Shown here: in pieces, positions 39,031-51,533 of the stretch
Position numbering within the stretch: position 1 is the stretch's first letter
Layout of the letters: the number at the start of each line of letters is the position of its first letter
DNA from: Octopus bimaculoides
Lineage: Eukaryota
Reading direction: 5' to 3'
DNA: 64,000 nucleotides
Assembly: GCF_001194135.2 (NCBI RefSeq)
Contig: NC_068986.1
Coordinates: 1,230,088-1,294,087 of the forward strand
Made by a program: the position numbers and the translations under genes
Notes under the pieces: generated by a model
What the model was told of the DNA's origin: nothing
Seen by the model: only the letters and a program-made list of their open reading frames with translations
Database searches by the model: none

Positions 39031-42000
39031 ATAAAAGGCATATATATATTGTTATACTTGGGGATGGTCATATTTTGCTAATAAACACACATGCTATATA
39101 TTTACTCATCACTTAAGCTTTATTATTATTATTTCAGTTTCTTTGTCAGAGTTCTTTCATCACACATCTTGTGACCTCTTCAGTGACTCTATCCCATGTG
39201 CCTCCTCTTATTCTGCTTATTCCAATTTTCTTTATGATGATGTTTTTTTTTCTCATCTGAGCATGTGGCTGGCTGCAAGTATACACCATTGAGAATGACT
39301 AAAATGGTCAAGATGCATCTTGCACTTTTGATAGCCACTGTTGTGGCTAATTTTTGTCTCTTTTTGATATTTATTATCTTCTTTACACAGCAAGTCGATA
39401 AGAGATGTGATGTCAAGACAAATACTGCAGTAAATGGCCTTTTAACAGTGTATATACATTAAGTATGATACCTCAATGGATATGTGTGTGTGTGTTTCTG
39501 CATAGACAGCCAATGGATACAGCTAAATCATTGACCAAATTGCTTGGTGGTAATTATTCCAGTGCTGTACACCCTAGGTTTGACTCCTACAGAGATCAGA
39601 TCTGAATACCTGGAGAGGGATGGATTCTGTCAGGTCTAGAAAGATGTCCAAGATGCATCATATGTCATGATGGTGCTCCTTATGATTCTATCAAGGAGTT
39701 GAGGGCCCAAAGCAAAGAGAATATATGTATGAAGGAGTTCTGAAAAGTTCTGGACTTTTAGGGTATCGTGAGAGGCATGGTTGGAGGCCCAACCTTCAGA
39801 GTTCTTTTTTAGGGCAAAGAAAAACAGGACTGCTGCAATAACTGTGTGAATCTGAGAGGGGATTATATTCAATAAAATCATAATTAACTGATCCTCCTGT
39901 ATTTACTTTTTTTGCCCAGAGCCAGGAACATTTCAGCACACCCTCATATGTATGTATGTATGTATGAATGATACCAGTATGTTGTTTTTACCATTAATTA
40001 TTCTTCATTTTCTCCCATTATCTTTTAAATTAATTTTATCTTACTCATAGATGGATAGGGATTTCAAGAAATGACAACAATGATATCTACAGTTGTTAAT
40101 TTACTTTTGAAATTTTGTTATGAAAATGTCTTCAGTTTTAATTATAAGAGAAAATTCTGCCTTATAATTGAAATGTTGCTGAGTGAAAGGCTTGTTATTA
40201 ATTAAAGCAGCTGTTACTTTAGAACTTTACTGATTTTGAATATTAAAGCTTATGTAATTAATGTAAAATAATAGATTAGACACTGATTACAAATATGGTA
40301 GGGTCTGACATATGTAATACAGTGAGCTGAACAACTTTAATCAGTTGAGATTATCCTGGCAATTAATAGACAAAACTCCTTTTGGTGAATGGGAGCGTAA
40401 AATGTAAAAGCAGCAAGCAAGGAAGGTAACTCCAGTCATTTGATTTATGTGTGTTGGGTAAGGTTTTTAACTCTTGTTACCCATATAGATTACAGACCCA
40501 TCCATGATAATCATCCAGCCTCGACTTTTAACCTAGCCCCACCAAATCTGGTTACTCCCTTGGAAAAACTGCTGTGTTAATTCTCCACTGAATATTGACT
40601 GAACAACTAATCTGCAACAATGTCCCATCCTACCACGTGTGCTCTCAAATGCAATGAACTGATGTTGCTAAATACACCATACTGCAGCTTGCAGATATTG
40701 TGGCAATGACTACCCACCAACATCTTGACCAAGCATGAGGACCTAAGAATAAAGAGAAGAACTGATGTTGACCAATAACATCATGTAACCTGAGTTGACC
40801 AGTAGAGAGGTCTAACATCTAGAAGCCATCTTGAATTTGACAAGTTCGTCCTATGAGCCAACAAAACTTTAAATCACATGGAGCTGAGTCAAACTGCTAT
40901 TAAATAATATTTATAACTCCTACCAAATCTACTGAGTATAATTTTCTTTTATTTGCCTATCATATATATTTATGATGAGTTTCTTTTCTCTTTGTTCAAC
41001 TCAAAACCATGTGGTTGCAAAGTGAACTTCTTTAGTACACAGCCATATCTGTGTCTTAGTATATGCATGCACACATGCACGCAAACACACACACACAGAG
41101 TATAGGGTTGATGATTGTGGTTATCGGTAATATAGCTGATGGGGGAAATACTTCAGGAAAGCATTCTTAATAACTAAATACGCATAGAGTAGAGTCTCAC
41201 ATAGATGAAATATAGTGTTTTGAAAAACTGAGAGAAACCACTCAATTAGTAGGAAAAATCTCCCACAGTTTCAATGACATACCAATGTAAATATCACAAG
41301 ATACTAAATGATAACAAAATAATGAAGACAGAGAGTTTCTTAAAATGTAAACAGGAAAGTTTAGTAACCTTTTTATATTTCAGACATAAAGACCTATTAT
41401 CAGAAGTGAACAGAGTAAATAAATGTGAATCTATGCAGATTTGGCCATTTCTTTATGTCTTATGATGGGTCTTTGTGCCTGAACTATATAAAGGTTACCC
41501 TACTTTTGTTTTCCTTTTTTGCATTGTAAGAAGTTCTCCATCTTCAATACTTTGTTATTTCACTTCTGCATCACAAAGCTTCAAGCAAACTAAAATGCTT
41601 TTCTCAGATGATAACTTATTAGCCCTGCCCTTTATTCATTTTAAGCATTTAATCTTGACTATAAATATCACAGGATACCAAAAATCAAATAACTCCTTAT
41701 CTATGACTTTCATTCATCTCTAAGCATCAAATCTTTTGGTGTAAATACCAGGAGACACTGAAAGTCACACAAGTTCTTATCTGTGCCTTTCATTTATCTC
41801 TGAGCATTTAGTTGCTTCTTTGTATGCATAACTTATTAAAACTTATAACAATGATAAAATTAAAAGTAAAGTGCAATTTTATTATTCATTATCTTCTTTC
41901 AAGTTAAGGCAACAGACTGACAAAATTATTAGAGACGAGAGAATATGCCTAAGAGTATTAGTTCCAACTCTTTGTGTTCTGTGTTCGAATCCTGCTTTCA

Positions 42001-42199
42001 TCCTTTTTGAGACACAAATCAAGGATCAATGTAATTGACTTACACCAACACCTAGAATTAATAGCCTCGTGCCCAAATTAGAAACAATTATCTCCTTTCA
42101 ACTTACCTTTAGTGTTTCTTTCAAGATTGTCTCTGGTCTCTTATTAACAATATACATTTTACGGCTAATTATCATCATCCAGTTTCCCTACCTAACCAA

Positions 42200-42440
42200 G
42201 TTACCTTATTTTTGGCAGATCCAGTGAGGAAGGATCCTTTCTGCAGTTGTTTGACCAAATAGTAAAAACAACCAAATCTTCCTCAAATCATATCCTGCTA
42301 TCTTAAAAGAGGAAAAATACATTAGATAATGTAGTTCTATCCAAAAAACAAAAAAAAAAAACTGGATCGTCATGGCTGGAATGCTTTTGATTATAGTTCT
42401 GCTCAGTCTCGGATGATCATAAGACAAACAACAACAACAA
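42200..42440 (+). mobile_element. Fourth interspersed repeat family (D) ending in (AAC)n
   Basis: Shared GATCGTCATGGCTGGAATGCTTTTGAT...(CAA)n motif also at ~5500-5610 and reverse-complemented at ~10370-10520, ~62935-63130 and ~63145-63860. Confidence 0.55.
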
Positions 42441-43142
42441 CAACTGCCTTAGTTTTGACTGCCGTAATATCATATTGTTGAATCATATCCATGAATTTTT
42501 AATATAATTTTTACTGATCATTATTTAGAGAAATTTTCCATCACTTTTGAAACTAAATATTCACATAGATTCAGCTTTGTTCTCAAGAGGTTTGGAGGAA
42601 TTAACAGAAATTCTTACCAAGAAGGCAACAAAATGGTAGAGTTGTTAAAACATTGAATAGAATACCTTACTGGATTTGAACTCAGAGCATAATAAACCGG
42701 AGCAAATTCAGCAAAGCATTCTACTCAATTTGCTCCAGTTTATTGTGCTCTGAGTTCAAATCCCACAAAGTTTGACTTTGACCTTCAACCTTTTGTGGTC
42801 AGCAAATAAAGTATCAGCACACATCAGTAATTTAATGGAATTATTAAGTGCATGACTGGATGCTTTGCAGTGTCTGTTCTGGCGGCCACTTACTTCCTCA
42901 TCATGGGGAACAAAATCCTTGGGACCCAGTTAATCCTGTGACTATCCAAGATGTTTCAAGAATTTGTAATTTATATTTGTTTGCTGCCGAATCAAAGTGC
43001 AAGTATTATGATAGCTGTGTGTATGTATTGTTCTTCGTTTGAGTTTGTTTGTTTAGCAGGCTGTGGCGAATGCAGTAAGGCACTTGAGAAACACCCAGCT
43101 GCTGCCCATCCAACAGACTCTACTCTTTTCATTTACCTCTAG

Positions 43143-43278
43143 AATCCAGCTGTAGAAACTCTGCCAAATCAGACTGGAGCCTGGTGCAGCCATCCGGTTT
43201 CACCAGTCCTCAGTCAAATCGTCCAACCCATGCTAGCGTGGAAAGCGGACGTTAAACGACAATGATGATGACGATGAT
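43143..43278 (+). mobile_element. (GAT)n-tailed SINE/RTE-type 3' end, young copy
   Basis: TCCAGCTGTAGAAACTCTGCC...GTCCAACCCATGCTAGCGTGGAAAGCGGACGTTAAACGACAATGATGAT. Related copies at ~2020-2240(-), 2730-2840(+), 8770-8870(-), 9500-9781(+), 11390-11675(+), 18680-18790(+), 22545-22720(-), 47160-47260(+), 55770-55870(-). Confidence 0.75.
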
Positions 43279-46200
43279 CCACGAATCTTTTTAATTTTTC
43301 ACTCGTGTTTCAAACATTAAAGGACATCACATTTCTTAATGATTCCTGATAATGGAGTGTTGAGAGAGAAACAGAAAAGATACAAATAAAGAACAGAAAA
43401 CTCATATTTTGCTGCAAGATTAAACCAATTTCCAGAATAAATTTGTGTTTTTTTCCATATATATGCTTTTATTACAGTACTAGTTTTATCATCCATGTTG
43501 TATTCAAGATATCAAATCACATGCTTTCATGTACAATCAGCCAATATCACACAATCATGAATCTGAAATTTTCAATTACAATTTTATATTGGAAACACCT
43601 AAAAGCTAAACAATACTGATTGGAATTTATTTGCTTGCGGTTTCTAAAATGATTTTGTTTGTCATTATACAGAGGAAATAAAGTTTTATTTGCAACATAT
43701 CAGTTTTATAATAGTTAACAATAGGCTGGTTCTGTTTATTATCACGTATCATAATCTCAATTATAACATTAAATAGAACTATGCCGAAACAATTTTTGTC
43801 TTATTCTAAAACCATCAATAGTTTTCTTTTTGTAGTACTTTCCTGAAAACATTTACTATCTTTTTATCATTGTTTCATATTTTATTTAGTCTTAATTTGT
43901 ATAACATAACTGGATCAGAATCAATTGATTTTATCTAATATCATAGAGTTATTATATTTCATTATTCAGCAGATATAATCAGATAAATTAAAACACCCTT
44001 CAATTTCACAAATATTAATGTGAAATGTAACAAACGATAAATATCTGATAAAAAAGACTTTGAAATATACGTATACAGATAATATATATCCTCCATAGCA
44101 AAATCTAGGAGTCATTTGAGCTATTTATGAAACTAGAATAAACAAACAAATATTAAAATAAATATTAAAACAAAGGTCAACTCAAGAGAATGACGAGTTC
44201 CTGAACATAATCGGTCATAAGAATGGCATATGAAGATTAGCTTTATGGAATGTGTCTTGTGTAAGTTGACCTGGGGAAGCCCAACGTTTGTTACTGTGCT
44301 TGCTATTCAGTAATCACAAGAGAAAATATCTCAAGATCTCATAAAACACATCATCATCATTATCATGCATGTTTTCTCTGATGGGAGGGGGAGGGTTGTG
44401 TGGGTATCACAGTGTCTTGTCACTTGTTGCGGTCATTCATGATTTTGGTAGAGATTGTAGTGGAGAAAATTTTCAGTTTTTGGTTATGTCATGTTTTTTG
44501 GCATATTCCTATAGCTGGATGCTCTTTTTATCATCAACTGCTCAATACAGGCTGAAATCCTTAAATCTAACAATCTTACGACTTGATAATTGTTGGGCCA
44601 TGGATAAAAGCCAGAAAACAGTTTATAACTTCCTATATAAATTAGGAGCTACTCTTAGGGATTAATTTCCATCTCATTGCTATTTCATTCTACATATATA
44701 TACTGATGTCTTATCAAAGCTAGAACAAGGCTTAAATAGGAAATAATGCATCTAATAATGCTTCCAAAGATTCAAACAGTGCTGGTCCATGCAAACTGCT
44801 GGACCATGGAGGGCCAAATTGAAGAGGTTCAGCCTACGACATATAGACTAGGTGCATTTTATGCTACCAAAATTTGAGAGATGATTGTCCTTGAGTGGCA
44901 AGATAAAGAGATCTCTTTACTCTTTGCAAATTTTGTTCAAAGTCACTGCCCTCCTAGATGGGATGATTGTGCTATTGCTTATGGAGTCCATACTGCTATT
45001 TACTCCAAGTGAATGCATTCATGTTAATAAATTACAGTGTGTTATTGAATCACTACTAGATTAAGATGAGACACAAAGAGATTTCTAAAGAGACCAGTTC
45101 CTGAATTAACCTATAAGTGTGTATACAGGAAATCAGATAATCTCAAAGAGACAAACTGAAGGATTTCCACAAAGAGTATATTATGCACATATTAGAAATA
45201 ATAGGCACAATTTAATTTAATTGTCCCCATTTCTGGTATGATTCATAGCTGCATATGAAAGACATGAAATTCAAACCAACATTAGAGTGTCTATATGGTT
45301 GCTTGACTTTCTTGAAATAACAGCTAAATCTCTCTCGAGTCACACTTTATAATCACAAATGAAAAAAGGAAAGACACATCGGATAATGTAATCCTAGATA
45401 CACAATGTTTGAATCAAAGACAGAGTGATTACAGTTGGAGCACCTTTGACTGCTTGAACAGAGCTGATCAGATCCAACCTGAAATTAAACAACTGCAACA
45501 ACAACAACAATAGGATATCAGAACCAAATATATGACAACATAAAATTAGGAAGTTCAGACATTGATTAGCACTATGAAAAGTATTTTTAAAAGTGTTTAA
45601 ACTGATGTATTGAAAGGGTGCCAATCAAATATTTACAGGAATAAAATATAAATCTTATCAAATATAGTTTAAAATTATCTTTCCCATATGTTTGAACTGT
45701 TATTTTTCTTCTGGTTTGAACAAGTTTGCTTTCATTAGTAAGGATTAGTCAGGCCATTAGCCAAATTCATTTTAAGAATTGTACTATGACAATTTGGCAA
45801 GGATAGCCATGCAGGAATTCTCTGCCAGATGGTTTCAATAAAAGTGGTAGATGCCTGATGCAATTTTTTCTTCTGCATTAATATTTCATATTCTTGAAGT
45901 ATTCTTTGAACAAAGTGAAGGGAAAAAGCTGCCTGTGGTTCAGTTAAGTTTTGCAAAAGGCAAAGAAATTCTTCTACTGGTTTCACTTGTTAGACTGTGA
46001 CCATGCTAAGGCACTACCTTCTGTAGTACAGTAAACTACATGGACACCAGTATTTATTTTAACAACTTTGATGAGATTTGAACTCCTAATAACAGATATA
46101 GTTGGTGCATAGACAAGAAAGTTTATCTAGGAGATAATCTTTCCTAGGTAAGGCTTTTCTGATGTCAAATGCAATGATATTACTTTTGTTAAACTTCTTA

Positions 46201-46721
46201 AATCTGAGTTACAACTGATGTTTGACATCAGGAAGCAAGTCCTCAGTAAATCTGACTCTATGGAAGCCATACTGGTAGAGAGTGAGAGGAGAAAAAGTCT
46301 CAAGGTACTGGAGAAGGTTATTATTAAGAACTATTTATTCAAGTTTAATGTTTGTTTATTTATAATCATTAGAAGCACACTATTTATGTTGGTTTTCACC
46401 TGTCTATTTAACCCTGTCATATTTTTCCTCCACCTTTTCATACTTTAGTGTTTCATAAATGTAGATCAGTGAGAATTGAAAAGGGGAGCTGTTTGGTTAA
46501 CAACTTCACTTCACAACCGTGTAGTTTGGAATTCAGCCCCACTGAACAGTGTCTTGGGCAAGTGTCTACTATTATATAATTCAGGCTGAGCAGTGCCTTG
46601 TAGGTGAAATGAAATTGGTAGCTGAAAACTGTATGGAAGCCTATCGTGTGTGTATGTGTGCATATGTTGACATTCCTGTCAGTCACTGTGTTTTTGAAGA
46701 TCAGTGAAGTAAAAGATCCCT

Positions 46722-47140
46722 TATTTTTTATCTTTTACAGTTATTGGACTGTGGCCATGCTGGAGCACTGCCTTAAAGGATTTTAATCGAACAAATCAAC
46801 CCCATTTTTAAGTCTAGTATTTTTAAGTCTTTTTTGTTGAATTGCTAAGTTATAAGGACGTAAATAAACCAACACTGGTTGTCAAGTTGTGGTGGGGGAG
46901 AAATACAACACAAACACAAGGACACATGGACATGGGCACAAGTACATAGATACACACACAAACTCTCACTCACTTATATATACACAAGCTTCTTTCAGTT
47001 TCCATCTAACAAATCCAATCACAAGTCTTTGGTTGGCCCAAGGCAATAGTAGAAGACATTTGCCCTAGGTACCACACAGTAGGACTGAACCTAATACCTC
47101 ATAGTTGGGAAGCGAGCTTCTTACCCACACAGCTATGCCT
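46722..47140 (-). mobile_element. SINE family B full-length copy, antisense
   Basis: Tail, CA-rich middle and head are all reverse-complementary to 48285-48715. Confidence 0.75.
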
Positions 47141-48076
47141 CTGCCTGTACTTGGAAAGCAATTAAATGCTGATGGCAAGAAAGCCACTTGGCTGTAGAAT
47201 GCAGCCGGAAAGACATCCCCATCCGACCCATACTTGCTTGGAAGAAATGGGCAAAGGAATGAACTGCAGAGGATTCAAAACTTTAAAACTTATCCTATAT
47301 CATAGTGAAGAAAGTTGAATTATATGAACGCAAATTTCATTTTGTCTTCTTATTAATAAAGTGGCAAAGGCTGAACAATTTCCATAATGTTGTTCTTGTG
47401 TGGGATGGGGGGGGGGCTGTCCGGTATTCGTTAGTTTGAGAACTTTAGAGCAAACATAGAAAGAAGCATTTTTCACTTATATCTTAGATTAACAAAGCAG
47501 TTATTTAAAGTTTTCAATGACCCTCATTCAATTGCAGAAGATTCTCTCTGCAATCACTGATACTGAATTTGATTTAAAGGATGTAATCAATAAATTCCGT
47601 TAACTTTGATCTATTCTGATGAAAGGGTTTGAAAGAATGAAAAATGCTGCTGCATTTATGAAGGTAAAGGACATTAGGCAGATATCTATCTGCTGGTACT
47701 TGGTCACTTCAAATGATATCAAAGTAATCTATTAAACCAAAATTAAAATGACTTTAGACTTCATAGAAATTCCTTGACTCACTTGGTTTCACTTCAGAGA
47801 TGAAATATTAATCAGTATAAGAGAAATTTGACGTTTATCTTATCTATCACAAAGCTTATCATAAGTGAAATTAGTTTCTGAGAATTCACTTCAATGCTCT
47901 TCTATCGAAAATCAATTATAATATTATTTTAAATAACTATAACAGAAGCAGCCCACCAAAAAAAAACAAAAAAACCAAGCAATAAATTAGTGGTATATCA
48001 TAAAGGAATTTTATAATAATGACAATGTTTTCTGACATAAAAAAAGGATAAGAATCATTCCTGAGTCGTCTAGACT

Positions 48077-48288
48077 CATAGGGCTGGTTTCCCAGTTTCT
48101 GTGATGTGTATATTTCCCACCTGGATGGGACACTAATCCATCATAGGACTACTAATTTTTTGCCAGCTGAGTCAACTGGAGCAATGTGAAATGAAGTATT
48201 ATTATGCTCAAGGAGACAATGCAGCACCTGGTACAGGAATCAGAAACCCCAGTCTTATGATCATGAGCCCAACACCCTAACCACTAAG
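48077..48288 (-). mobile_element. SINE family C copy, 5' truncated at the A-box
   Basis: Reverse complement reads CTTAGTGGTTAGGGTGTTGGGCTCATGATC...CCTTGAGCA...TTGCTCCAGTTGACTCAGCTGGC. Confidence 0.7.
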
Positions 48289-48428
48289 TAGCTTGCTTAC
48301 CAACCACATGGTTCCGGGTTCAGTCCCACTGCGTGGCACCTTGGGCAAGTGTCTTCTACTATAGCCTCGGGCTGACCAAAGCCTTGTGAGTGGATTTGGT
48401 AGACGGAAACTGAAAGAAGCCCGTCGTA

Positions 48429-48488
<60 letters not shown>

Positions 48489-48715
48489 CGTGTGTATATG
48501 TTTGCGTGTCTGTGTTTGTCCCCCAACATCGCTTGACAACTGATGGTGGTGTGTTTAAATCCCCGTAACTTGGCGGTTCGGCAAAAGAGACCGATAGAAT
48601 AAGTACTAGGCTTTCAAAGAATAAGTCCTGGGGTCGATTTGCTCGACTAAAGGCGGTGCTCCAGCATGGCCGCAGTCAAATGACTGAAACAAGTAAAAGA
48701 GTAAAAAGTAAAGAG
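48285..48715 (+). mobile_element. Young composite SINE (family B): tRNA-like head, internal (TA)n, conserved tail
   Basis: CpG-retaining copy: CCAACCACATGGTTCCGGGTTCAGTCCCACTGCGTGGCACCTTGGGCAAGTGTCTTCTACTATAGCC...(TA)n 48426-48479...GGTGCTCCAGCATGGCCGCAGTCAAATGACTGAAACAAGTAAAAGAG. Many diverged copies occur in the window, e.g. ~20-200(-), 2415-2600(+), 23045-23190(+), 25380-25600(-), 35340-35520(+), 36330-36520(+), 36870-37120(+), 46470-46660(-), 54722-54895(+). Confidence 0.85.
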
Positions 48716-49962
48716 GGAGGAGGGAGGACAAGTCACATGATTCTTTATAGGGCCTCTCAGATTGGTGGAGGGAATGAGGAAGCTATTCTCAAACTGTGAT
48801 TGAGAAGTTTGTTTCACAATTATTCAGTTCCAGGTTCATTCTCGTTGCAGTCCACCTTGGGCAAGTATCTTCTTGTGAGTGAGCCTGTATAGATGAGAGT
48901 TATGTAAGAACTCGTCAGTTTGTATTTATTCTTGTATAATAGTCCTAATCCATCCATTGACTAGTTTAACCCCACGACTGTTATTTGGATACCTCTTTGT
49001 TTAATAAAGTCCTTGATTTGGGTTGATTCAGTAGAAAGCAGCAGATCTCTTCCTGGACCATGGAACCAGGAGAGATGTACTGCTTAAAAGTCACATATGC
49101 TGCTCTTCATTCTCTAGTTAAGCTATAAAAACAAAGCAAAAAAAGGGTGATGTTATAGTTAATGTAATATTTTGTTCTTGGATAGTAATCTGGTAAAAAC
49201 TCTAAAGTCTCTTTGAAGAAGTTAATGTGATTTGTTAAGAAGTTTATGGAAGGAAGGAATTGATTAAAATGACCATTTGATGTATTCTTCAAAGTGAGCC
49301 AAATGAAAGACTCAAACCTCAATCAGCCTAAAATAGTACATATTTATAAATAAAAAAAAAATATATCTATTTAAAAATATTTTACTCGTCAAACATTTAA
49401 AAAAAAAAAAAAAAGCAAAAACATCCTTATTAACCTGGCTTCTAATATTTGTTACAAAACTATTTTTCTGTGTGACCAATTAAATCACTATTTAAAATTG
49501 CTAATTGCTATTATCTAAGATATTTAAGTTAATAATTATTTTGGACAATTTTAATTTATAATTTTGAAATCATGATCACAGCACAGTGAAATTAGAGGGG
49601 AGGTATGCTATTTCTAGATGGTAAAAATATAAATTTCTCATGTTGCGCACTAATAATAATTATAAATATAACAATCAGAAAGTCAAAGGATAGGTGGTCA
49701 TTGGTTCTGCAACTTCGGTTTGCTAATTAGAGAATTTATTTCATTTTGATTCTATCAAGTTTCTTTAAAATTATAATGATTACCTTTGATATTAATTATT
49801 TTTGTGGCTAGTTTGATTGAGTAGAGATAATCTAGTGACTGGAGAATTTTGACCTAATTTCGATTATTGGTTATTGCCATTTGGTTTTTCTTGTATCATT
49901 AAATGCCATTGAAAACAATGTATTAATGTCATACAAGATTTCTTTTTTTTTTTTTTTTTTTT

Positions 49963-50190
49963 NNNNNNNNNNNNNNNNNNNNNNNNNNNNNNNNNNNNNN
50001 NNNNNNNNNNNNNNNNNNNNNNNNNNNNNNNNNNNNNNNNNNNNNNNNNNNNNNNNNNNNNNNNNNNNNNNNNNNNNNNNNNNNNNNNNNNNNNNNNNNN
50101 NNNNNNNNNNNNNNNNNNNNNNNNNNNNNNNNNNNNNNNNNNNNNNNNNNNNNNNNNNNNNNNNNNNNNNNNNNNNNNNNNNNNNNNNNN
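49963..50190. other. Assembly gap (228 N)
   Basis: N run between poly-T and (TA)n. Confidence 1.
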
Positions 50191-50237
<47 letters not shown>

Positions 50238-51346
50238 TTTCTATCTCATCATCTTCATTTTAATGTCTACTTTTCCATGCTTGCATGTATTAGATGGAAG
50301 AGGGCTTCTGCAAATTTTCCATCTGCTAAACTTCACCAACGTGATATTGGTGAACTAAGAGGTTATAGTTTAAGATACTTGCCCAAAGTTCCACACACAG
50401 GGATCAAATACTGAACAACATGTCTGTAAAGTAAATTTATTCGCTACATAACCACAACTGCTTCTGTAAATATAAACCTTGCAACTATGTAGAAAACAAT
50501 GATATTAAACGATGATGATGATGATGATGATGATTGCGAGAGGTTAAAGAATTTCACTGTAAACATTTAGTTCAAGTTACCCTTTATCCTATAGCTAAGC
50601 CATAAAAAAACAAAAACAATAAAGATAGTGACGTAGTTTATCTATTTTATTCTTTTAAAAATTCATAGGACTTCTATTGGTCAATGTTGACCATGCATCT
50701 GCACATGTATGTGTAGGCCTATGCAAGTATTTTTAGGAAAACTAGTAGTGGCCCATACATACCAAGCTCCATTGTCCATCTCACCAATGTTTATCCCAGG
50801 GAAAGGTTGTTAACTTGGATTAGTACAGCTTGGTTCCAATGTCATCACCGTTGTTATCAGAACACAAAAGCTGAAACAGCTACTGCAAGACACCAATCCA
50901 CTGCCCTAGATTGGCACTTCTTTTTTATCAACCAACCTCGAAAGGATGAAAAGCAGAATTGACCTTGGCAGGATTTAAAACCAGATTACTCTTTCAATTC
51001 ATTGCTTTTTTGAAAAATTGTAGTTTCAATAATTCCATATTTTTGATTTTGTCTATATAAAAATAGATGTAATATTTTATTTTATTTTCCGTAGTATGCT
51101 ACTTAGTAGCTCCAGTTCTCTGTGGCTACTGGAATTGTTGAGTATATAAACAGATTGGCTGCTTGTTTCTCTGGGATTGGCCAAATTGATGTAAATACCG
51201 CTGATGAGAGTTCAAAAAGGTTCCAAAATCAATTAAGACTATTCATAATTTTTTTTCAGTCTATGGAGAAATAGCTAAATTAGTTCTGCTTTTATATCTA
51301 CCACCTTGGTTGAATGTATTAGTAATATTGAAATTTTACTTTACAG

Positions 51347-51533
51347 GTCTGTGAATATGCAAATGAACAATGGCGCTACTCCTGCATATTTAGCAAGTCA
51401 AGAAAGGAAGCTGGACATCCTCAAGTACATTGTTACCGAAGCAAAAGGATCCTTAAAGATAACTGCTTTTGATGGAATGTCTTGTTTACATGCTTCATCA
51501 CAAATGGGACATTTAGATATCATCAAATGGCTA
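51347..51533 (+). CDS. ESPN: Internal coding exon of an espin/forked-like ankyrin-repeat protein (187 nt, phase 2 to phase 0)
   Basis: Acceptor TTTACTTTACAG ends at 51346 and donor GTAAGT starts at 51534. Translation (R)SVNMQMNNGATPAYLASQERKLDILKYIVTEAKGSLKITAFDGMSCLHASSQMGHLDIIKWL is two ankyrin repeats. From memory it matches espin ([28 protein letters not shown]...DGMTPLHAAAQMGH...WLV) and insect forked. No alignment was run. Confidence 0.88.

Noticed and set aside
45735-45986. 83-aa minus-strand ORF with plausible composition
   Set aside because: No recognisable domain, no supported splice sites, and no partner exon.
47616-47640. CTGATGAAAGGGTTTGAAAG motif
   Set aside because: Stem II is too short to form, and there is no stem III or stem I.
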